DNA from: a virus
Direction: 5' to 3' (one strand)
IMG/VR virus record: IMGVR_UViG_3300031952_000015
Location: 6,146-70,145 of that record
Length of the DNA stretch: 64,000 nt
This document shows positions 56,179 to 64,000 of this stretch, in pieces (position 1 is the stretch's first letter; every line of letters begins with the position of its first letter). The notes beneath the pieces were generated by a model, which was given only the letters and a program-made list of their open reading frames with translations, searched no databases and was not told where the DNA came from. The position numbers and the translations under genes were made by a program.

Positions 56179-56784
56179 CTAACTGTACAGGACCCTGCTA
56201 AGAGCCCTTCCGATGTTCTCCTTGTCCGCTCTCTCGGTCTTCACCGTCTCGGTGAATGCGTTGACGAGCTTCGCCTTCTCTGTGAGAGGCGGTTGCGGCT
56301 CCTCCTCGTCCTTCTCTGGAACTAAAGGAGCGGTACCTTGACCCTTTTCTCCCTCGAGCGCCTCGACTCTCTTCGAGAGCTTCTCGAGGATCTCGACGAC
56401 CTTGCCCATGTCATCCTCATACTGCTCGCAGAAGTGCTCGAGCACAGTCTGCTCGGCTCCCTGCTTCTTCGAGAGGTCGTCCTGAGATGCGGTCTTGGCA
56501 TTCAAGTCAGTCCCGCCAGCGGCGATGTTCGTCGCGGGCTCGGTCTGCTTGTCATTCTCAAGTTCGCCCTCTTGGTACTTCTTCCCGAGGTCATCCTGAG
56601 ATGCTTTCTCGGGATTCGGTGTCGTTGTCCCCTGGGTGATGTTCGCGCCAGGCTCTGCCTGGACATCTTTCTCACGTACGTTTTCCCTTTGACTTTTGGC
56701 CATCGCCAGATCCTCCCTCAACTTTCGATTCTCTTCCATGACATTCTTGAGCATTTCCCTTGGTTCCATGGTCACACCCGCCAT
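56179..56784 (-). CDS. Scaffolding protein
   Basis: Acidic coiled-coil protein between protease and MCP; internal repeat QxEPxxNIxxGxTxxNxxxASQDDLxKK twice. Confidence 0.7.
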   Translation of the reverse strand: MAGVTMEPREMLKNVMEENRKLREDLAMAKSQRENVREKDVQAEPGANITQGTTTPNPEKASQDDLGKKYQEGELENDKQTEPATNIAAGGTDLNAKTASQDDLSKKQGAEQTVLEHFCEQYEDDMGKVVEILEKLSKRVEALEGEKGQGTAPLVPEKDEEEPQPPLTEKAKLVNAFTETVKTERADKENIGRALSRVLYS

Positions 56785-56810
56785 CCGATAGCCTGTCCTA
56801 GGCTTCTTAG

Positions 56811-56825
56811 TATTTAAAAATGATT
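56811..56825 (-). promoter_or_regulatory. Putative late promoter AATCATTTTTAAATA
   Basis: Member of the repeated 15-mer family; upstream of scaffold and MCP. Confidence 0.62.
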
Positions 56826-56826
56826 C

Positions 56827-58089
56827 TTAATGGTAGGAAAAGGGCGACCTCACGGTGCCCCGCTTGGCGTCCTCGAGTATCTTCGAGTAGACCGTCTCGG
56901 CATCAGTGGCGGTCGGGTAGGCGAACGTCCAGAAAGCAGAGCCTAGCTTGACGATGTACCCGAAGCCCTCATACTCCTCGATGCTCAAGACCCCGAGCTT
57001 AGTCTCAGCCTTCTTGACTGTCTTCTGCTCTCTGAATCTCATCATCTCGGCGAGCGCCTCTGCCGGCGGGATCTCGCTCGTGATCTTCGATGCCTTGAGC
57101 TCATCCTCCATCTTCGCAAGGTGAGTGTAGTAGTCAGGGAATTCTGCGAGATGCGCCTTTGCGATCTGCTTCGCTAAGTCCTTGTCATCTGTGTGCTCAG
57201 TCTCAACCTCGGCTCCCGCAGCAAGCTGAGATGGATCGAATTTGTCGTCCGGGTCATCTCCATGCTTGAGCGTCGAGAGCGCCTCCTTGAATGACTCAGT
57301 GTCCTTCTTGCCGACGATCTTCGTTGGCGCCATCGCGCCTCCCCCAGTCGTGGTTGTGACGTCCTCCTTGCACTCGGCGACTGCAGCTACTGGCCGAAGC
57401 TCCCCATACGGAGCCTCGGACTCAGAGCCGTCCTCCCACTTGACCTTCGCGGCATTGGCCGAGAAGCCTGTCACGTCTCCCCTCCTTCCCTGGGCGTCGA
57501 TGATCTTGTCGCCAATCTTGAACGGCACATCCATCTGCTCGAGATTGATATTTGTCCCTGGCGGGGATCCGAGGGCCTCCGCGAACTTCGCAGTAGTATC
57601 GAGGAATCCAGGCGCTGGGACAATGGATCCCTCGATGATGTCCGAGACCCATGCCTCAGTGAACGTCCTGCCAGTAGACTCCTCGAGCCGCTCGATGACC
57701 TTGCCGCCGAGGAGCTGGATCGAGACGTGCCGCAGGTCCTCGCGCTTGAGCTTGCCGATCAGTTCTTCCTCTCTTGGGTCGATGTCGGCCTTGTAGTGCC
57801 AGCCGTCGTCCTCAAGCCACGACTCGATGAAGTGGCCCTTCGGCATCATGTCAGTATCTACCTTGTGGTTGTACATCACTGGCCGTCCGATGAGCTGCTT
57901 GTGCTTCTCCCTGATCGACTCAACATTGTACAGCACGTTGTTCCGCGAGATCTTCCCGAACGGGAGCAGCAGTCCCTCCATGATAAACTTTTTCGAGCCG
58001 GTCTGCGGGTTAATTGCTTCTGCGAACCGGAACGGGCTCTCTGACGGGATCCAGATCTTCTCAGTGAAGATCCTCATGTTCTCTGCCAT
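56827..58089 (-). CDS. Prohead protease (clan SH) with appended C-terminal mini-domains
   Basis: SRNNVLY, RPVMYNH (His), RHVSI (Ser), EGSIVPAPG; then an SH3-like module, a DUF5661-like GAEVETEHTDD...AKAHLAEFPDYYTHL module and a beta-beta-alpha module. Confidence 0.85.
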   Translation of the reverse strand: MAENMRIFTEKIWIPSESPFRFAEAINPQTGSKKFIMEGLLLPFGKISRNNVLYNVESIREKHKQLIGRPVMYNHKVDTDMMPKGHFIESWLEDDGWHYKADIDPREEELIGKLKREDLRHVSIQLLGGKVIERLEESTGRTFTEAWVSDIIEGSIVPAPGFLDTTAKFAEALGSPPGTNINLEQMDVPFKIGDKIIDAQGRRGDVTGFSANAAKVKWEDGSESEAPYGELRPVAAVAECKEDVTTTTGGGAMAPTKIVGKKDTESFKEALSTLKHGDDPDDKFDPSQLAAGAEVETEHTDDKDLAKQIAKAHLAEFPDYYTHLAKMEDELKASKITSEIPPAEALAEMMRFREQKTVKKAETKLGVLSIEEYEGFGYIVKLGSAFWTFAYPTATDAETVYSKILEDAKRGTVRSPFSYH

Positions 58090-58093
58090 GATT

Positions 58094-60028
58094 TCACCTC
58101 TTGCTCTCGCCGTAGGCGAGCGCTCTCCACATCCGATTGAGGACGCTTGAGACGCCCTCCTTCTTCTCTGTGATCACTTGAGTGCTGTAGTCCACTAATT
58201 GCTTCTGAGTGTCACTCGGGACCTCTGACCATGATCTGGCGGCTAAGCTCTTGTCAGCGTGGACTGACTGGAGCATCTCTTCTTTTTCCTCCATCGACAG
58301 GATGTTTGTCCACCAGAACTCATTGCTCTCTGATCTTTCCGTGAACTTCTGAGACATCGCTCGCGCGTAGGACTTCTCGAACTCCTCATCTACTTTTTTC
58401 GTCTCCTCTGGAGTGAGGTCCTTCGGGCTCTTCTTGAAGAGCTGCTGAGCGATCGCCTGATAGTCTTCGACTGGGCTCTGCTCTCTGAGATTCTCGATCC
58501 CGAACAGCCCCTTGATGAACTTGCTCGCGATCTTGTAGATGGCTGCCTCGATGTCAGGCACTGGGATCCCGATCTGATCAGCGAGCTCGTGGACCATCTC
58601 GTCAGTCGGGTCTGGGTTCATGGCAAGGAACTTCACGACCTTCACGACCAAATCGTCTGGGACTGCTGACTCGCACTTAGTCACAATGCTCTCGATGAGC
58701 GTCACATTCGCTGGGTCGAAAGCACCATGCTTCAGATAGCCGTCGAGGTCCTTCTGGATGTCCGCTGGAAGAGACTCCCAACTTAATTTCGCCCAGGCTT
58801 TCGTCTTCTCGCTCGGGAAGTAGCCGATCACTTGGAGGAACTTGACTTTCCCAGACTCGTCAAGCGATTGCCATTTGTTCCGTCCACGATAGAGTCGTGG
58901 ATCGCCTTCCTTGAGCGATTCGTCCTTAAACAAACCCCAATTCGGGTCATAGTCGGGTTCCCACCAACCGAGTTGCATAGAAGGAGGATTCTTCTGCCTA
59001 CGCAACTTGTCAGCACACGACTCACAAACTTCACCAATGCCCTTAACGTCATAGTAGATGGCTTTCTTTGGCTCCGCTGGTAGTTGGCGTACTGGTATTT
59101 TCTTTTTGCAGATGGAACATACCGGAGGTTTGTCATTTTCCGTAAAAGATTCCCGTTTATTTCCATACTTCTCCTTGAGCGACTCCCCAAAATCAACAAA
59201 TCCACATTCAGGACATTTATACTTTCGGTCAGCAGTTCCGAGAAGCGCACCACACTTCTTGCAGTGAAAGTCGTAGGGATTTTCTTTTCGTTCTTTAGGC
59301 GATGGAACGTCTCGTTTTTCTTTGAACGACTCCATCCGGCTCTTCGCCTCGGAAATCAGAGCTCGCGCCGCGTTGATCGGGAACCCTCGCTCGTTGACGA
59401 GCCAAGAGAAGATTGTCTTCTCAGTCTCGCCTTGCTTGAGCTTGTCTTGGATCTGCTTGAATGCTCCATCGCTCTCTGCGAGCGACTCTCCTCTGCGCTT
59501 CTGTGACATCATGATGGCGACGTGCTGCGCTATCGCGTCCTTCTTAGAATCGTGGCAGGCGATGACGCTCCCTGCGGGCTTGTCAGTCTTAGATCCAGGC
59601 TTCTGAGGATGCCCGTGCAGGACGCACCACTTGTCGCCGCGCTTCGCGATTGTCTCCTTGCAAGCTCCTTTTTCGAACAATGGCATCCCCTTCTCGCGCT
59701 TGTATTGAGAGTAAAGCTGCATCATGTCCCCATCTGTCTCGGCTTCAAGGTTATGCCCTGCCTTGAGGACCCAATCTAAAAAATCCTTGCTGAAGTTCTG
59801 CTCGACCCACTCAGGGCTGACCTCTGAGAAGGATTCTTCCTTCTGCTCCGCAGCTGCGATGACGACGTTCGCGACGTCGGGATCGACACTGAACCGGTCG
59901 ACGATAAGCTCCTTGATCTGGGATTTCGGCTTTCCGAGCTGGAGCTGCACCCGCGCGTAGCGAACCATCTGCTCCTGCCAGCGCGGAACTCTCTCACTGA
60001 GCCTCTCTAATCGTTCTCTGAATCCCAT
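58094..60028 (-). CDS. Modular polyprotein B (about 10 mini-domains separated by ES(F/L)xE-type motifs); putative internal head protein
   Basis: N-terminal MGFRERLERLSE; linkers ESFSE, GACKE, ESLAE, ESFKE, ESLKE, ESFTE, ESLKE, ENLRE, KFTE. Confidence 0.75.
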   Translation of the reverse strand: MGFRERLERLSERVPRWQEQMVRYARVQLQLGKPKSQIKELIVDRFSVDPDVANVVIAAAEQKEESFSEVSPEWVEQNFSKDFLDWVLKAGHNLEAETDGDMMQLYSQYKREKGMPLFEKGACKETIAKRGDKWCVLHGHPQKPGSKTDKPAGSVIACHDSKKDAIAQHVAIMMSQKRRGESLAESDGAFKQIQDKLKQGETEKTIFSWLVNERGFPINAARALISEAKSRMESFKEKRDVPSPKERKENPYDFHCKKCGALLGTADRKYKCPECGFVDFGESLKEKYGNKRESFTENDKPPVCSICKKKIPVRQLPAEPKKAIYYDVKGIGEVCESCADKLRRQKNPPSMQLGWWEPDYDPNWGLFKDESLKEGDPRLYRGRNKWQSLDESGKVKFLQVIGYFPSEKTKAWAKLSWESLPADIQKDLDGYLKHGAFDPANVTLIESIVTKCESAVPDDLVVKVVKFLAMNPDPTDEMVHELADQIGIPVPDIEAAIYKIASKFIKGLFGIENLREQSPVEDYQAIAQQLFKKSPKDLTPEETKKVDEEFEKSYARAMSQKFTERSESNEFWWTNILSMEEKEEMLQSVHADKSLAARSWSEVPSDTQKQLVDYSTQVITEKKEGVSSVLNRMWRALAYGESKR

Positions 60029-60030
60029 GA

Positions 60031-63000
60031 TCATCCCCAGAACTGCTTTTTCATCGTGTCTCCACGACCGTGAGGCCAGGTAGCTGGATTCGCGTAGAGG
60101 CTGCCGCAGACCGCAGCTGGGTCTTTTGCGAACCCTGCAGACTTCGCCCAGTCCATGCACTTGTCCCAGCCGGCCTTCGGCGGGCGGTCATCCTGTTCCT
60201 TGAAGGACTCGCGGAGACTCTCGATGCGGCTGCGGAAGGACTCCTTCACGAGATACTCGGTTGGAACCTCTTCAACACTTCCGTCGGGATGCTGCACCTT
60301 TGCCGTGCGATGCTCAACGTCATCAAAATTAAGAATCGTCATCACTGGCGATTCCGGTGCTCCTGCGAACTTTACTTTATCTCCTTTCTTGAGTGCTTCC
60401 TTGAAGGACTCCCTCAGTTTTCTCCAATCGGCGGGATGGCTCGACATGTATCTATTTGCTCCGGCCACTGCGTCTTGTTTAGATTTGAAAAAATTAATTT
60501 CAATATTCTTGCCGGTCGCTGGCCTGTATACATTGTACGCCCACTCATCCTTGCCAGTTGCTGGATTCTGATATTGACCGATCTCCACGACAGTTTCCTG
60601 GGGTTTCCAATCGGACCATAACCCTTCCTTGAAGGACTCTCCGCCCCATTTGGGCTCTTTCGCTTGCTTGTATCTCTGGTCGAGATCATCCTTGAGTTGC
60701 CCTTTCTGGCTGCTCGTCAAGTCTGACTTGTCGATGAGAGATCTCGTCGACTTCACTTGGAATGCGACATCTCGAATATCATCAGCCGTCTCGAACGTGA
60801 GGTCGATGAGCTTCTTGAACCCATCCAATGTAGTCGGGTGGAAATCATCAGCTTCCTTGAAGGACTCCTTCATCATTCTTACAGTCTCATCAACGAAGGT
60901 CTTCTGTTGTTGGGTGAGTTCATCATACCTCTTCTTGAACAGTTTGAGAGCCCAATCATTTTTTTTAAAATTCGCCTCCTTGAAGGACTCAGGGAACTTC
61001 CATCCCTTCGCAAGAAGTTCATCTGCCTCAGTCCGGGTCTCAACAGTCGTAACCCCGCCGGTTCGCGGATTCACTAGATGATACACTTCCTTGAAGGACT
61101 CCTTAGTTTTTTTATCAATTTTACGCTTCGCGTCTGTGACTGCGGCAGATTCAGATGGGAAAGGACCATAGTCCTCCGAACCCCATTCTTCATCCTCTTC
61201 ATCCCAAAAGATACGACTTCCCCAATCCTTATCCTCAACATCATAAATAACATTCACGTCATATCCTTTATATTTAAACACGGTCACTTTTTGCTTATCT
61301 ACTTTCTCACTCATTTTTTCCTTGAAGGACTCCTTCGCTTTCGCCCTTCGCTGGAGGAGCAGTGACCACAGCTGAGACTCAGCCCAATCACTCGCTTCAT
61401 CTTCAGTCTTGAATCCGCCCTTGCTGTTGAGATGGGTGCTTCCCTCGAAGGTGACATTCCACGTGCCGTGGCGCTCTTGCTCTACCTCGTAGAGCTTCTC
61501 CTTCGGCTCGCCTTTCTCCTTAAAGGACTCCTGAGCCATTGCATCCTTTATCTTCTTGGCTGCCTTGTTGATTTTCTCAGCCGCATCTTTGTCGCCAGCA
61601 GCAGCAGCAAAAAACAACGCATCTGCCTGCTCATTCGTCAGATTGTACTTAGACATCAATTCGGCCTTGACCTCTCCCACCGATGCCTCCTTAAACTTGC
61701 AGGCTTCCCTCTTGCCGTACCTCTCCCTGAGCTGCCTGAGCGGCTCTGCGGTATCCTCGATGTGCTCCATAGAATTTCCCCCCGTCCACGTTGCGACCAT
61801 ATCCTCGAGTTCGCTTTTGTTGATGACTATGGTTTTTGTAGCTCCATCCATGAGGACTGTGATCTCGTTCCCGGCGACGTCCTTGACGATCCCAGTCGCG
61901 CTCTTTAGCTTCGGCTTGAACGTAAACCGCATCCCAGGATGGATGCTCTCCTTGAGAGACTCTTCCTGCTCTCCTGCCTCGGGAGGATTCAACAGCATTC
62001 CATTCCTCGCTCGCGCGCCGGGGGTCCTCAACTCGCACGCCTGATAGTGTCCCTCTGAGCCGATGCCGAATCCGCATCGCGAACAATACCCATAGGTCTC
62101 TCCTTCCTGTTCCTTGAAAGACTCCAACCGGCTACGGAATGATTCCCGATGTGTTGCTATGTAATCATTCGCCCACCGTTCAGCTTCAGATTTATCCTTG
62201 AATTCATGAGTGACAATGGCTGGATGGATAGCATTCCCGAGCCGGTCCGTGTTCCACAGCGACGCCCACCATTTGCCAGATGAGTCAGTCGTGAGATTCA
62301 AGGCCTTCATGGTCTTCTTGTTCATCCAGACGTCCTTTCGCTGCTCTTCCCAGGATTCTTTAAGAGACTCCTTGTTCGGGTAGTTCTGGAGCTTGGCCTT
62401 GACATTCGGAAGCTCGATCTGGTACGCCTCCCCTCCTTGGACGACCCGCTTGATCTTGCCCTTCTGTTCGCTGCCCCCCATGTCATGGAAGCTGACCTGC
62501 TCGCCAGGCTTGAACTCGACCTGCTCTTTGAGAGATTCTCCCATCTTCGCTCCATCGCGGATCATCCGCGCTCTCTGCTGTTCTTCTCTTGACAATTCTC
62601 CGTATTCCTTCTTGAAGAATGCTCTTGCGATCGCGTCAAGATCGTCTGTCCCAGTCGCTTCCTTGAGCGACTCCAGCCGGCAGCGGAAGGATTCTGGCCC
62701 ACCAAACGAAACGCTAACATCCTTTCCTCCAGCCTTAGAAATCTTATCCGCCTCTTCGTCCGCTTGTGGTCCCGGAACTTTTTTAGTATGGAATTTCCCA
62801 TTCTTATCTGTCCAGTCAATGCTGGCCATTCCTCGTTGCTTTTTTTGAATTAAGTCTGGCACATCGACTTTTATCTCTTTGAAGGATTCTGCCTTCGGCA
62901 TCCGCTGAGCCTTGAGCGCTTCGTCTGCGACTTTCTTTCCTAATTCGGTAAGCTCTCCGCCCTTGACCCAGCCCAAGGCCTTTGAGAACTGTGAGTTGAC

Positions 63001-64000
63001 CATCTGAGTCTCGATGTCTTCTCGCGAGAGCGATTCCTTGAGTGACTCATTCATCGGGAACTCTCCCATCAACCGAACTACGTTATCCTTCGCTCCCGCG
63101 TAGTCCTTCTGTAGAATCGCGCTCTTCAAGTCATCCATCAACAATTGGACGTCTGAATCATCCAACGGCGCGAGTCCGTCAAGTCGCTTCCATGCCTGCA
63201 TAGCATCATCCCATCGCTGAGCGAGAATAAATCCCTTGAGGTCGTCAAGGGTGTCATATCCTTCGCCTTCCTTGAAGGACTCCTTCTTCGAGTCAAGTGC
63301 CTGGTACTTAGATTTCATCTTATTGAAGAAATCCTGAGCTGACGACCTGGTTTTGAAATCCCTGTCGAGCTCTTTGATTACTTCTCTGGTCCTCAGGTCT
63401 TCTCCCCAGGTCGACCAATAGGTCCCCTCTTCGGTGTCGTTCGTCTCATCAAGACCGAGTGCGTACTTTTTCCCATACCAACTATCGATCACGTCCGTCC
63501 CGGAGGACTCCTTGAAGGACTCAGAGAGCGATTCAAGCCGATTGCGAAATGACTCACCATAAAACTTGTCATCGAATGCCGTGTTGACCTTAGTCTTCTG
63601 GTCATCTGAAAGATCGACGTACTTCTTGCCAAACATCTTCTGAGAGAGATCATCTTTCTCTCCAGAAAGCTTTTCCCTGAAGGACTCCTTGATTTTGACT
63701 CCTTGCGCCTTCAAATCTCTGATAACGTCTTTGACATATTCAGCAACCCTTGAAAAATCTGCCGGTGGCACTTCACGCTTAAATGCAGCAAGAACCATAG
63801 CAACAGTTTCGCCGCGCGTCAATCGCTCTTCTGCATCATCGATGAATCCTTGCATCTCATCATCACTCATTTTTTCCTTGAAGGACTCCTTCATCATTCT
63901 TACAGTCTCATCAACGAAGGTCTTCTGTTGTTGGGTGAGTTCATCATACCTCTTCTTGAACAGTTTGAGAGCCCAATCATTTTTTTTAAAATTCGCCTCC
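60031..64000 (-). CDS. Modular polyprotein A (over 1320 aa, 5' end outside the window; at least 21 mini-domains separated by ESFKE/ESLKE); putative internal head protein
   Basis: The frame stays open to base 64000; more than 20 ES(F/L)(K/R)E linkers at roughly 30-80 aa spacing. Confidence 0.8.
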   Translation of the reverse strand, partial: EANFKKNDWALKLFKKRYDELTQQQKTFVDETVRMMKESFKEKMSDDEMQGFIDDAEERLTRGETVAMVLAAFKREVPPADFSRVAEYVKDVIRDLKAQGVKIKESFREKLSGEKDDLSQKMFGKKYVDLSDDQKTKVNTAFDDKFYGESFRNRLESLSESFKESSGTDVIDSWYGKKYALGLDETNDTEEGTYWSTWGEDLRTREVIKELDRDFKTRSSAQDFFNKMKSKYQALDSKKESFKEGEGYDTLDDLKGFILAQRWDDAMQAWKRLDGLAPLDDSDVQLLMDDLKSAILQKDYAGAKDNVVRLMGEFPMNESLKESLSREDIETQMVNSQFSKALGWVKGGELTELGKKVADEALKAQRMPKAESFKEIKVDVPDLIQKKQRGMASIDWTDKNGKFHTKKVPGPQADEEADKISKAGGKDVSVSFGGPESFRCRLESLKEATGTDDLDAIARAFFKKEYGELSREEQQRARMIRDGAKMGESLKEQVEFKPGEQVSFHDMGGSEQKGKIKRVVQGGEAYQIELPNVKAKLQNYPNKESLKESWEEQRKDVWMNKKTMKALNLTTDSSGKWWASLWNTDRLGNAIHPAIVTHEFKDKSEAERWANDYIATHRESFRSRLESFKEQEGETYGYCSRCGFGIGSEGHYQACELRTPGARARNGMLLNPPEAGEQEESLKESIHPGMRFTFKPKLKSATGIVKDVAGNEITVLMDGATKTIVINKSELEDMVATWTGGNSMEHIEDTAEPLRQLRERYGKREACKFKEASVGEVKAELMSKYNLTNEQADALFFAAAAGDKDAAEKINKAAKKIKDAMAQESFKEKGEPKEKLYEVEQERHGTWNVTFEGSTHLNSKGGFKTEDEASDWAESQLWSLLLQRRAKAKESFKEKMSEKVDKQKVTVFKYKGYDVNVIYDVEDKDWGSRIFWDEEDEEWGSEDYGPFPSESAAVTDAKRKIDKKTKESFKEVYHLVNPRTGGVTTVETRTEADELLAKGWKFPESFKEANFKKNDWALKLFKKRYDELTQQQKTFVDETVRMMKESFKEADDFHPTTLDGFKKLIDLTFETADDIRDVAFQVKSTRSLIDKSDLTSSQKGQLKDDLDQRYKQAKEPKWGGESFKEGLWSDWKPQETVVEIGQYQNPATGKDEWAYNVYRPATGKNIEINFFKSKQDAVAGANRYMSSHPADWRKLRESFKEALKKGDKVKFAGAPESPVMTILNFDDVEHRTAKVQHPDGSVEEVPTEYLVKESFRSRIESLRESFKEQDDRPPKAGWDKCMDWAKSAGFAKDPAAVCGSLYANPATWPHGRGDTMKKQFWG
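60198..63888 (-). repeat. Dispersed 13-bp repeat GAGTCCTTCAAGG (encodes ESFKE)
   Basis: Exact copies (plus strand ccttgaaggactc) start at 60198, 60399, 60627, 60855, 60978, 61089, 61320, 63270, 63510 and 63876, with further variants. Confidence 0.9.
63874..64000. repeat. Exact duplicate (at least 127 bp) of module 60853-60979
   Basis: Base-for-base identical, offset 3021 bp (in frame), bounded by the ESFKE repeat. Confidence 0.92.

Noticed and set aside
60198-63888. ESFKE repeats as a CRISPR array
   Set aside because: The repeats are only about 13 bp, the intervening segments are about 100-250 bp and variable, and all stay in one open reading frame
1-64000. Integrated provirus or alternative genetic code
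   Set aside because: No integrase, att site or host flanks were seen, and conserved genes are intact under the standard code with all three stop codons in use

Overview
The window is most of the genome of a tailed dsDNA virus (Caudoviricetes, contractile tail) that infects an archaeon. Evidence for the archaeal host is an archaeal RadA, an Hjc-like resolvase, BRE/TATA promoters and GGAGGTGA ribosome-binding sites. All convincing genes lie on the minus strand. In transcription order (right to left) the modules are: two large head-associated modular proteins, prohead protease, scaffold, major capsid, neck, sheath and tube, a frameshifting tail chaperone, tape measure, baseplate, fibres, a putative lysis pair, an early recombination and nucleotide-modification region (RadA, Cas4-like, UDG-like, kinase-methyltransferase fusion, dCTPase, dCMP-type thymidylate synthase homologue), PolB, ParB-like, putative TerS and an intein-containing TerL. 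No portal, primase or helicase was recognised in the window. The most striking feature is at 58094-64000. Two polyprotein-like ORFs consist of about 30 unrelated mini-domains of roughly 30-80 aa joined by ES(F/L)xE linkers. The same (F/L/C)-x-E motif occurs at the likely maturation sites of the protease, scaffold and capsid protein. This suggests a shuffleable, protease-released cargo array packaged in the head. Other notable items are a T4-like cytosine-modification pathway, a tRNA-like RNA ending 3 nt before terL, a P2-type -1 frameshift and a palindromic origin candidate. All calls come from motif recognition by eye; no database search was run.
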